Assembly (NCBI GenBank): GCA_044070495.1
Contig: JBIPSI010000060.1
Coordinates: 1-13,545, forward strand
Direction of reading: 5' to 3'
Source: Spirulina sp.
GTDB lineage: Bacteria; Cyanobacteriota; Cyanobacteriia; Phormidesmidales; Phormidesmidaceae
DNA length: 13,545 bases
Under the pieces are notes generated by a model that saw only the letters and a list, made by a program, of their open reading frames with translations, had not been told where the DNA came from and ran no database searches. Below are positions 6,515-13,545 of the stretch, piece after piece (the first letter of the stretch is position 1; every line of letters starts with the position of its first letter). Made by a program: the position numbers and the translations under genes.

Positions 6515-7492
6515 ATGCCGATCTATGCCGACATTACCGCCACCATTGGGCGCACTCCCCTAGTGCGGCTCCAGCGCTTACCCCAGCAATGGCACTGTGG
6601 GGCCGAGATTGTGCTGAAACTGGAGGGCATGAATCCGGCCAAATCGGTGAAGGATCGCATCGCTGTGAGCATGGTGCTGGAGGCGGAACAGGTGGGTCTG
6701 ATTCAGCCTGGAGTGTCTACGATTGTGGAAGCCACCTCTGGCAATACGGGCATTGGCTTGGCCATGGTGTGCGCGGCCCGGGGCTATCGGCTGATTGTCA
6801 CCATGCCAGAGCACATGAGCCTAGAGCGGCAGCAAATTTTACGGGCCTATGGGGCCGAGGTACAGCTCACCGCCGCCGCCGCCGACATGGCCGGGGCCAT
6901 CGAACGGGCCAACACCCTGCTGGCGACCCTGCCCCACGCCTTTTCGCCCCACCAGTTCAGCAATCCGGCCAATCCCAGCATCCATTACCAAACCACTGGC
7001 CCCGAAATTTGGCAGGATACCGATGGTGACCTCGCCGTGCTGGTGGTGGGCGTGGGCACCGGGGGCACCCTCACCGGGGCGGGGCAATACCTCAAACAAA
7101 AGCATCCCGCCCTGCGGATTGTGGCGGTAGAACCCGAAAACAGCGCCGTCCTCAGCGGCGGCAACCCAGGCCACCACGATCTCCAAGGGCTGGGGGCGGG
7201 CTTTGTGCCCGATGTGCTGCGCCCCGACCTGATCGATGAGATTGTCACCGTCGCCGAAGCCGATGCCTATACCGTGGGGCGACAACTAGCCCAGAAAGAG
7301 GGCATCATGGGCGGAATTTCCACCGGAGCCGCCGTCTATGCCGCCCTTCAGGTGGGGCAGCGGCTTCAACCTATCCATCAGAATTCCCCCCAAGATTCCC
7401 CAACCACCCCACCCCGCATTGTGGTGATTCAGCCCAGTGCGGGGGAACGCTACCTCAGCACCGCCCTGTGGCGATCTATCGCCAAGGATTAG
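6515..7492 (+). CDS. cysK: Cysteine synthase A (O-acetylserine sulfhydrylase)
   Basis: IGRTPLVRL, LKLEGMNPAKSVKDR (PLP lysine), EATSGNTGIGLA, GVGTGGT, LQGLGAGFVP, GISTGA, GERYLST. Confidence 0.96.
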   Translation: MPIYADITATIGRTPLVRLQRLPQQWHCGAEIVLKLEGMNPAKSVKDRIAVSMVLEAEQVGLIQPGVSTIVEATSGNTGIGLAMVCAARGYRLIVTMPEHMSLERQQILRAYGAEVQLTAAAADMAGAIERANTLLATLPHAFSPHQFSNPANPSIHYQTTGPEIWQDTDGDLAVLVVGVGTGGTLTGAGQYLKQKHPALRIVAVEPENSAVLSGGNPGHHDLQGLGAGFVPDVLRPDLIDEIVTVAEADAYTVGRQLAQKEGIMGGISTGAAVYAALQVGQRLQPIHQNSPQDSPTTPPRIVVIQPSAGERYLSTALWRSIAKD

Positions 7493-7505
7493 GAGACCTG
7501 TAGCC

Positions 7506-7673
7506 CTAACGCAGCCCCAGCCAGGTGACAATCGCTTGCCCAGTGGCCAGTTCAAACAACACCAGGGCCACAAAGCCCAGCATCGCCGCCCGACCGTTGA
7601 TGCGTTCGGCATAGTCGTTAAAACCCGACTTAGGACGGTCGATCACAGGGGTAACAGAGGGTTCAGTTTTCAT
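7506..7673 (-). CDS. hliD: High-light-inducible protein (Hli/Scp, HliD-like), 55 aa; absent from the ORF track
   Basis: Manual translation: MKTEPSVTPVIDRPKSGFNDYAERINGRAAMLGFVALVLFELATGQAIVTWLGLR*. It has the chlorophyll-binding ExxNGRxAMxG motif and the HliD-type ends GFNxYAE and WLGLR. Confidence 0.95.
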   Translation of the reverse strand: MKTEPSVTPVIDRPKSGFNDYAERINGRAAMLGFVALVLFELATGQAIVTWLGLR

Positions 7674-7730
7674 GGTTCGGATGCCTTGGGAATCGGTACA
7701 AGAAAAATAGGAAATCGCCGTAGGGTAGCT

Positions 7731-7881
7731 TTAGAGGGCGTTTGAGAAGTGATCTGCTGTCGCTTTAGTCCCCTGCTGATCCCCCCTGCCCCCCTTAAGA
7801 AGGGGGGTATAAAGTACCCTCGTGGGAATTTAGGGGGATTCTAGTTAAAGTCCCCCTTTTTAAGGGGGATTTAGGGGGATC
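7731..7881. repeat. Cyanobacterial small dispersed repeat / MITE-like element (GATCCCCC...GGGGGATC)
   Basis: 7778-7881 has inverted ends GATCCCCC / GGGGGATC, internal hairpins CCCCCCTT-AAG-AAGGGGGG and TCCCCCTT-TTT-AAGGGGGA, and ATTTAGGGGGAT twice. TTAGAGGGCGTTTGAGAAGT (7731-7750) resembles a terminal motif I recall accompanying such repeats in cyanobacteria. Confidence 0.75.
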
Positions 7882-8646
7882 TTAGTTGCCGAAGCCGACG
7901 TACCAGTAGTAGGTGGCCATGGGGATGACGGTGGCCAGTACCAGCAGCACAATCAGGATAACGGCGTTGTTGCCCCGGTTTTCCTCGGTGGTTTCGGCGG
8001 AGGCAAAGGTGCTTTCGCTGAGGTTGTCGAAGGCTTCGTCAAACACGGGCGCACCGGGGTCGGGCTGGCCACTGAGCACAGCTACCAGGCGGTCGGTGCC
8101 GTCTAGGAAGGCTTGGTTGTACTTGTCGCCCTGGAGCAGGGGAATCAGCACGGTTTCTTGGGCCACGCTGGTAGCGAGGTCTTCGGGCAGCAGGGCAGCG
8201 GCCTCTTCGCCGACGCGGATGCCGACGGTTTTGGTCACTTCATCCAGCACCAGGAGCACTTGGTTGGCCTGGTCTTCGGCGGCGGGATACCAGCGATCAA
8301 ACAGCTTGTCGGTGAAGGTTTGGATGGTTTCGCCGTAGTCAAAGTGGCGAATGGTAACTAGGCGCACCTCCTGCCCGGTTTGGTCGGCCAGTTTGCTGAG
8401 GCGGTTGGAAATCTTGCCCTCGTTGATGCGGCTGATGATGTCGGCTTCATCCACGAGCCAGGTGGCTGTTCCGGCAGGCACCGTGGGCAACTGGAAGGGC
8501 GCAATGGCCTGGGCTGGCCCCACCGCTAACCCCAACACCAGCAGCATCGAGCAGATCACACCTAGGACAGTCTGCCGCAGGGAGGAGGAGTCAACATCGC
8601 GAAAACGACGAATCAGGGGGGATGGGGTGAATCTAGGCCAGCGCAT
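7882..8646 (-). CDS. psb32: Photosystem II repair protein Psb32 (TPM domain)
   Basis: Signal peptide (AQA), then WLVDEADIISRINEGKI, EVRLVTIRHFDYGETIQTFTDKLFDRWYP, ANQVLLVLD, DKYNQAFLD, RLVAVLSGQPDPG, and a C-terminal TM helix ending LATVIPMATYYWY. ATG 8646 is preferred over TTG 8658. Confidence 0.93.
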   Translation of the reverse strand: MRWPRFTPSPLIRRFRDVDSSSLRQTVLGVICSMLLVLGLAVGPAQAIAPFQLPTVPAGTATWLVDEADIISRINEGKISNRLSKLADQTGQEVRLVTIRHFDYGETIQTFTDKLFDRWYPAAEDQANQVLLVLDEVTKTVGIRVGEEAAALLPEDLATSVAQETVLIPLLQGDKYNQAFLDGTDRLVAVLSGQPDPGAPVFDEAFDNLSESTFASAETTEENRGNNAVILIVLLVLATVIPMATYYWYVGFGN

Positions 8647-8745
8647 GGTGAGGTGCAAGGATAGGGTTTTCTCTATTTACTATATTTACTATACGAGGGC
8701 ACCGCAGGGTTAGGAAACCAGGAGAAACCGGGAAGCCGCCGTCCG

Positions 8746-8888
8746 GCTGACTGACACAACGCCGAAAAGCATTGATCTCTCGTAGGTTGGGTTGGCGCGA
8801 TAGCAAAACCCAACAAGTCCGAAATCCTCGGTGAGTGTTGGGTTCCGCTGCGCTGCACCCAACCTACCTTGGAGATGCGTCAGGCAAC
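8746..8888. mobile_element. MITE/REPIN-like element, copy 1
   Basis: About 93% identical (10 differences over ~139 nt, by eye) to 13408-13545. Core 8782-8867 is two inverted REP-like units, GTAGGTTGGGT...ACCCAACA / TGTTGGGT...ACCCAACCTAC. Imperfect outer ends CTGACACA / TGCGTCAG. Confidence 0.85.
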
Positions 8889-8900
8889 TAGGGCCACCAC

Positions 8901-9866
8901 CTAGGGGATCAAAATCCGGTTTCCCAAGGCACCAGGTTCTAGAATTTGGCGGTGAACCGCAGCGGCCTCGGCGAGAGGGTGGGATTGGGCGATCACGGGC
9001 GACAGAGTGCCATCCCGCAACCCTGGGGCAAGCTGGGTTTGGATGTGGTGCAGTCGTTCCGGCGGGGTGCTGAATAGGTTCACAGCGGTGATGATACTTT
9101 CCTTGGCCATGATGTCCCTGGGGTTGATTTCCACCGTGCCTCGGCTGCCGATAACGACCACCCGCCCCCCCGGAGCCAGCAGTGGCAGGTCGTGGCCTAG
9201 GTTCATGTTGGCCAGCATTTCTAGGATGACGTTCACCCCTCGGCCCTCGGTGGCGGCAAGGATGTGATCTCGATAGTCGGAACTGTGGTGATCCAGAACC
9301 ATCTCGGCCCCCTGGGCTTGGATGAGTTCCCGTCCGGCCTGGGTGCCCCCGGTACCGATCACGCGCAAGCCAGCTTGGATAGCCAACTGCACTGCCGCTA
9401 GCCCTACGGCCCCCGTCGCGCCGTGGATCAACACGGTTTCCCCCGCCTGGGCCTGGGCCTTTTCAAACAGGGCGCGATGGGCGGTGGAGTAGGGCACAAA
9501 AATTCCGGCCCCCTGCTCAAAGGATAGGTTCGACGGCAGCGGGTAAACCCAGTCCTCCTCATACAGGGCAAATTGGGCATAGGTGCCCGTCATCGGCCAG
9601 CCGCCATAGACCCGATCCCCCACCTGCACACGACTCACGGATTCCCCCACCGCCACCACAGTTCCAGCCCCATCGGTGCCGGGGATGTAGGGTAACTGGG
9701 GCAGTCGTCCGTAGGTGCCCGCCCGAATGTAGGTATCCACCGGGTTCACCCCAGCGGCCCGAATTTCCACCAAAACCTGTGTTGCGGATTGCCGTTGGGG
9801 CACCTCAAGATCCCCCAGCACCAAGACCTCTGGGCCACCAAACTGGTCTACGTAAATCGCTTTCAT
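8901..9866 (-). CDS. qor: NADPH:quinone reductase (zeta-crystallin-like, MDR superfamily)
   Basis: MKAI...FGGPEVL, AAGVNPVDTYIRAG, PYIPGTDGAG, VLIHGATGAVGLAAVQ, GRGVNVILEMLAN. Start at ATG 9866 with a GGAGGTG SD. Confidence 0.93.
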   Translation of the reverse strand: MKAIYVDQFGGPEVLVLGDLEVPQRQSATQVLVEIRAAGVNPVDTYIRAGTYGRLPQLPYIPGTDGAGTVVAVGESVSRVQVGDRVYGGWPMTGTYAQFALYEEDWVYPLPSNLSFEQGAGIFVPYSTAHRALFEKAQAQAGETVLIHGATGAVGLAAVQLAIQAGLRVIGTGGTQAGRELIQAQGAEMVLDHHSSDYRDHILAATEGRGVNVILEMLANMNLGHDLPLLAPGGRVVVIGSRGTVEINPRDIMAKESIITAVNLFSTPPERLHHIQTQLAPGLRDGTLSPVIAQSHPLAEAAAVHRQILEPGALGNRILIP

Positions 9867-10092
9867 CCCATCACCTCCCGTCAACCTATTCACCTTTCAC
9901 CCATTCATCCTTGAGTCTATCTGCGCGAGGGAGTCTGTCTACAAAAGCAACGCGGATCGTTGTCATGCCATCAACTTTCGTTTTGTCGATACCCTATCGA
10001 ACCTGCTCGTCCCAGCAACGAACCCAGAATCCCCATTTTCTGGGGCGTTTGGTGTAGTAGAGTACCGAATAGCTGCTCCTACCCCTGCCCCT

Positions 10093-11385
10093 ATGACGTT
10101 CTACATTGCACCGCGCTTTCTGCAAAAACTAGCGGTTCACATCACCAAAAACTATATCGAGTTGCCTAAGGTGAAGGTGCCGCTGATTTTGGGCATCCAC
10201 GGACGCAAGGGGGAGGGCAAAACCTTTCAGTGCGAATTGGTGTACCAAAAAATGGGTGTGGAAGTGGTACACATTTCCGCTGGCGAACTGGAAAGCCCCG
10301 ATGCGGGGGATCCCTCCCGGCTGATTCGGCTGCGCTATCGAGAGGCGGCGGAACTGATTCGGGTGCGGGGCAAAATGGCCGTCCTGATGATCAACGACCT
10401 AGATGCCGGGGCGGGGCGGGTGGATGCGGGGACGCAGTACACGGTGAATACCCAGTTGGTCAACGCCACCCTGATGAACATTGCCGACAACCCCACGAAC
10501 GTGCAGCTTCCCGGCAGCTACGACGACACCCCCCTGCATCGGGTGCCGATTGTGGTAACCGGGAACGACTTTGCCACCCTCTACGCGCCCCTGGTGCGGG
10601 ATGGCCGCATGGAAAAGTTCTACTGGGAGCCGAGCCGGGAGGACAAAATCGGGATTGTGGGCGGCATTTTTTCCGAGGATGGCCTCTCGGCCCAGGATGC
10701 GGCGACCTTGGTGGATCACTTTTTAGATCAGTCGGTGGATTTCTATGGGGCGCTGCGTTCGCGCCTGTTTGATGAGCAAATTGAGGCGTTTATTCAGCGG
10801 GTGGGCGTCGAAAATGTGGGATCTTCCGTGGTGAATACCCTCAAACCACCGACCTTCAACACGCCAGATTTCCGCCTGCCCCACCTGATTGAACAGGGCG
10901 AACTGATCGTCAAAGAACAGCAGCGCTTGCGAGACATGCGCCTGGTGCGGGAATACAACCAAGCCCTCTACAACCGCCCTTCCCAAGACACGGATTTGGG
11001 AGTTTTCTCGGCCCCTCCCCAGCGTAGCCCTGCCGTTGAGCGGCCCAGTCCACAACCGATGCCAGCGGTCTCAAACCCTAGCCCCCAGCCCTCACCCCAG
11101 GCATCCCCTCAGCCCTCGACCCCGTCGCCATTGGATCCTGCCGTGGCCCAGGCGGTGCGACCTCTGATGGCCCAGGGCTACCCGATTGGGGTGGAATACG
11201 TTGAACCCCGTCGATTTAGCTCTGGGGCCTGGAAAAGCTGCAAAACCATTGCCCCCACTTCACCCACCGAAGCCCTCGCCCACCTGGCCGACTGCTTGCA
11301 GGATCACCCAGGCCACTACGTGCGGGTCTTTGCCATTGGCCCCGACAAACGCCGCCTGCTGGAAACCACCATCCAACGGCCCTAG
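10093..11385 (+). CDS. rca: Rubisco activase-like protein (cyanobacterial Rca/ALC) with a C-terminal RbcS-like (SSUL) domain
   Basis: PLILGIHGRKGEGKTFQCEL (Walker A), LMINDLDAGAGR, TQYTVNTQLVNATLMNIADNPTNVQLPG, LYAPLVRDGRMEKFYW. A Pro-rich SPQP linker leads to the SSUL domain GYPIGVEYVEPRRF...YVRVFAI...RRLLETTIQRP. Confidence 0.96.
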   Translation: MTFYIAPRFLQKLAVHITKNYIELPKVKVPLILGIHGRKGEGKTFQCELVYQKMGVEVVHISAGELESPDAGDPSRLIRLRYREAAELIRVRGKMAVLMINDLDAGAGRVDAGTQYTVNTQLVNATLMNIADNPTNVQLPGSYDDTPLHRVPIVVTGNDFATLYAPLVRDGRMEKFYWEPSREDKIGIVGGIFSEDGLSAQDAATLVDHFLDQSVDFYGALRSRLFDEQIEAFIQRVGVENVGSSVVNTLKPPTFNTPDFRLPHLIEQGELIVKEQQRLRDMRLVREYNQALYNRPSQDTDLGVFSAPPQRSPAVERPSPQPMPAVSNPSPQPSPQASPQPSTPSPLDPAVAQAVRPLMAQGYPIGVEYVEPRRFSSGAWKSCKTIAPTSPTEALAHLADCLQDHPGHYVRVFAIGPDKRRLLETTIQRP

Positions 11386-11488
11386 TTCGCCACATTTCGA
11401 TGGCAAGTCAAGGCCGCTGTACGGTTCCGCTGGGCGGGTTTCATCCTGGCTCAAAATGGCGGCATGAGGGTTGAATTTTCCCCACGCG

Positions 11489-12016
11489 TCAGAGGGCTGC
11501 GTCAAACTGGACGCGATGGTAAATCTCCATCAAGGGCAGCCGCGCATCCGTGAGTTCTAGCTCAACAATCGCCTCTAAACCTTCGTAGGTAGCCAGTTCC
11601 CAAACATCATCGGTGGCTCGACGAAACTGATCCACCCGCGTCCCGCGCTGATGGATAAAGACGTATTCCTGAAGGTAGGGAATGCGGCAACAGGCACTGA
11701 AGCTGCTGCTGAGATCGAGCATGGATTCAGGGGTGATCTCGTACCCCTCCATAGGTTCAGGCAACACCTCAAACAGCAGGCACGGATTGGTAAGGCGGTT
11801 CGCATAGCCCTCGTGGAGCAGCGGCTCTCCGGCAATCACCGTTAAATCAGGATAGAGGCCCCAGTTGCCCTCAGGTAGCCACACCTGAACGCCCCGAGGC
11901 AACATTTCGTAGAAACTATCGCTGCAACTGGCCTCCATCAGGCGCATGAGGTTGCGAAGAATGCGGGCATAGTAGATCGAATTGTGGTGCATGGCGGCGG
12001 AGGAAGCATGGGCCAC
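11489..12016 (-). CDS. Uma2 (DUF820)-family endonuclease-like protein, divergent and apparently N-terminally shortened
   Basis: LYPDLTVIAGEP...LTNPCLLFEVL, IPYLQEYVFIHQ...VDQFRR...W, LPLMEIYHRVQF. An in-frame TAA lies two codons upstream of the GTG start. Confidence 0.8.
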   Translation of the reverse strand: MAHASSAAMHHNSIYYARILRNLMRLMEASCSDSFYEMLPRGVQVWLPEGNWGLYPDLTVIAGEPLLHEGYANRLTNPCLLFEVLPEPMEGYEITPESMLDLSSSFSACCRIPYLQEYVFIHQRGTRVDQFRRATDDVWELATYEGLEAIVELELTDARLPLMEIYHRVQFDAAL

Positions 12017-12159
12017 GACTTAGTACCTCGGCGTTAGGGTCAAATCGGCAGGGAGGATGCAGATTCATCCTTCCACACTTTGTATCGAAGATGCTATGCA
12101 AAGGCTCACGGGTCAGAGTTTAGTAAACATTGTTACCATTCATCCCTTTGTCCCTCCCC

Positions 12160-12927
12160 ATGACTGGCCTGAAAATTGCCACCTGGAACCTAGCGCGAGC
12201 GCAGCCCCAAACGCCCCAAGGCCAAGCTCAACAGCATTGGATTCACCAAGTTAACGCCGACCTTTGGATTTTTACCGAAACCCATCCCGATTTCTCCCTG
12301 GGCGAGGACTATCGGTCGGTGATGAGTCAGCCTGATCCTTCCGGGACTGAGGGCGAGGGGGCTTGGGTACAAATCTGGGTGCGGGACGAAGGACTCCAGC
12401 AAATCTCTGCCCTGCCCACCGCCGATCCAGAGCGTACCGTCTGTGCCCTGATTGAGCTAGACCATGGGGGACGCGGCCTAGTCTATGGCACCGTTTTGCC
12501 CTGGGGCAGCCCTTGGCGCAACTATCCCGCCAAGGATGGAGCCGCCTTTTTGGCCGCCCTAGCCGTGCAACAGGCCGACTGGCAACAGTTGCAGCAAGCC
12601 TATCCCAACACCCTGCTGATGGTGGCGGGCGACTTCAACCAGGATCTCAATGTGTTGCCCTACTACGGATCGCGCCGCACCAAGCAAGCCCTACGACAAG
12701 CGCTCCTAGAGGCCGACCTAGAATGCCTCACCTTTGGCGACAACGACCCGGTGCGACGGCTGATCAACGGCCAGCATTCCAACCTCGATCACATTTGCAT
12801 GCCCCCCGATCCGCAGCTTCAAATTCAGCGCACCTTTGCTTGGCCAGAGGGGCTAGAGGAACTGCGGGGGCTATCCGAACACTTTGGGGTGGGCCTTGAG
12901 ATTATCTGTAGCAGGCTTTCAGGCTAG
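12160..12927 (+). CDS. Endonuclease/exonuclease/phosphatase (EEP) family protein
   Basis: KIATWNL, ADLWIFTET, MVAGDFNQ, NLDHI, LSEHFGV (SDH-like). Start moved to ATG 12160. Confidence 0.88.
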   Translation: MTGLKIATWNLARAQPQTPQGQAQQHWIHQVNADLWIFTETHPDFSLGEDYRSVMSQPDPSGTEGEGAWVQIWVRDEGLQQISALPTADPERTVCALIELDHGGRGLVYGTVLPWGSPWRNYPAKDGAAFLAALAVQQADWQQLQQAYPNTLLMVAGDFNQDLNVLPYYGSRRTKQALRQALLEADLECLTFGDNDPVRRLINGQHSNLDHICMPPDPQLQIQRTFAWPEGLEELRGLSEHFGVGLEIICSRLSG

Positions 12928-12958
12928 GATAACGATGCGTGGAATGGAGGAAAAGCCC

Positions 12959-13168
12959 ATGTTTCTAGACGAACTATCGCCCTTTGCCCAAGAACTCTTA
13001 GGCCATCCAGCAGCCTTTTTGGGCGGGCTGGCCTCTGGCCTACTGCGACTCAACCTAGCCGACGACCCTGTGCAAGACTGGCTGCGTCGCCAAGGCGCTT
13101 CCTCGGCCCCAGCCCCGGACAACAGCGCCCAAAACGGCAGCGGCCCCCAAACCATCACCATCGACTAG
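12959..13168 (+). CDS. Small conserved cyanobacterial/plastid protein (UPF0426-like), 69 aa
   Basis: MFLDELSPFAQELLGHPAAFLGGLASGLLRLNLADDPVQDWL...GPQTITID, with a GGAGG SD at 12946-12950. Family recognised from memory. Confidence 0.8.
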   Translation: MFLDELSPFAQELLGHPAAFLGGLASGLLRLNLADDPVQDWLRRQGASSAPAPDNSAQNGSGPQTITID

Positions 13169-13192
13169 CCGCCACTCGCCGAAGGCGGCGTA

Positions 13193-13221
13193 CCCATGAG
13201 GGGTTTGCTGCTGCTCATGGG
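13193..13221 (+). terminator. Possible 3' stem-loop after the small gene
   Basis: CCCATGAG-N13-CTCATGGG, a perfect 8-bp stem 25 nt after the stop. No clear U tract follows. Confidence 0.3.
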
Positions 13222-13237
13222 GCGCTCAATTTAGTTC

Positions 13238-13397
13238 GTAGGGTGCATAGCGCCAGGGGCGCGGCAGGGCCTACGCAGCAGCAGCATCCTTTGCCCCTGC
13301 GGTACAAATCTCATTGGCTGCAATGCACCACTACCCCACATCCCACCCATCACGGGTTTCTTTTTGTCTGGGCCTTGGTGCATTGTTGCCTACCTAC
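13238..13397. repeat. Degenerate GTAG-type REP doublet (second family)
   Basis: Starts GTAGGGTGCAT (13238), contains the perfect inverted pair CAATGCACCA (13321-13330) / TGGTGCATTG (13376-13385), and ends CCTAC (13393-13397). Confidence 0.5.
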
Positions 13398-13407
13398 GTT
13401 CGCCCTT

Positions 13408-13545
13408 GCTGACTGACATAACGCCGAAAAGCATTGATTTCTCGTAGGTTGGGTGGCGCGATAGCAGAACCCAACAAGCCCGAAATCCTCGGCGCGTGTT
13501 GGGTTCCGCTTCGCTGCACCCAACCTACTTTGGAGATGTGTCAGG
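13408..13545. mobile_element. MITE/REPIN-like element, copy 2 (reaches the window edge)
   Basis: Same orientation as, and ~93% identical to, 8746-8884. REP doublet core at 13444-13528. Ends CTGACATA / TGTGTCAG. Confidence 0.85.

Noticed and set aside
6439..7745. Alternative-frame and antisense ORFs over cysK and hli (e.g. 6439-7029, 7286-7612, 7437-7745), and similar shadows over ilvC, the Fe-S gene, psb32, qor, rca and EEP
   Set aside because: They overlap well-supported genes and lack motifs. Long off-frame ORFs are expected at this GC content.
8674..8693. TATTTACTA x2 upstream of psb32 as a regulator site
   Set aside because: It may be only a duplicated -10-like TATAGT on the minus strand, and it does not match HLR1 or NtcA. 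There is too little support for a specific call.
11044..11130. SPQP repeats in rca as a mobile or novel repeat
   Set aside because: This is an ordinary low-complexity linker between the AAA+ and SSUL domains, as expected for this family.

Overview
A GC-rich chromosomal window from a beta-cyanobacterium, probably filamentous Leptolyngbya/Nodosilinea-like (inferred from gene content: Psb32, Hli, a Rubisco-activase-like protein with an RbcS-like domain). The most unusual part is the left end (1-674), which the ORF track does not show. It is the platform of an integron: (i) an intI integrase pseudogene with a premature stop, a frameshift and a large internal deletion; (ii) a putative attI site next to four tandem 40-41 bp palindromic repeats; (iii) a first cassette with no gene, only about 33 nt of unique sequence between inverted arms, followed by an attC site that runs off the window edge. 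After ilvC comes a co-oriented cluster behind a perfect AT-rich palindrome: a NifB/NifX-family protein with a His-rich tail, a DUF3122-like protein, a cNMP-binding/degenerate sigma54-type AAA+/membrane 4Fe-4S fusion protein, and cysK. The rest holds an hliD-like small gene missed by the ORF track, psb32, an NADPH:quinone reductase, the activase-like gene, a truncated Uma2-like gene, an EEP-family nuclease/phosphatase and a small conserved protein. Several REP/MITE-like repeats are present, including two ~93% identical copies of a ~140 bp element. I found no HIP1 (GCGATCGC) or CGATCG site by eye. All calls come from reading the sequence; no searches were run.
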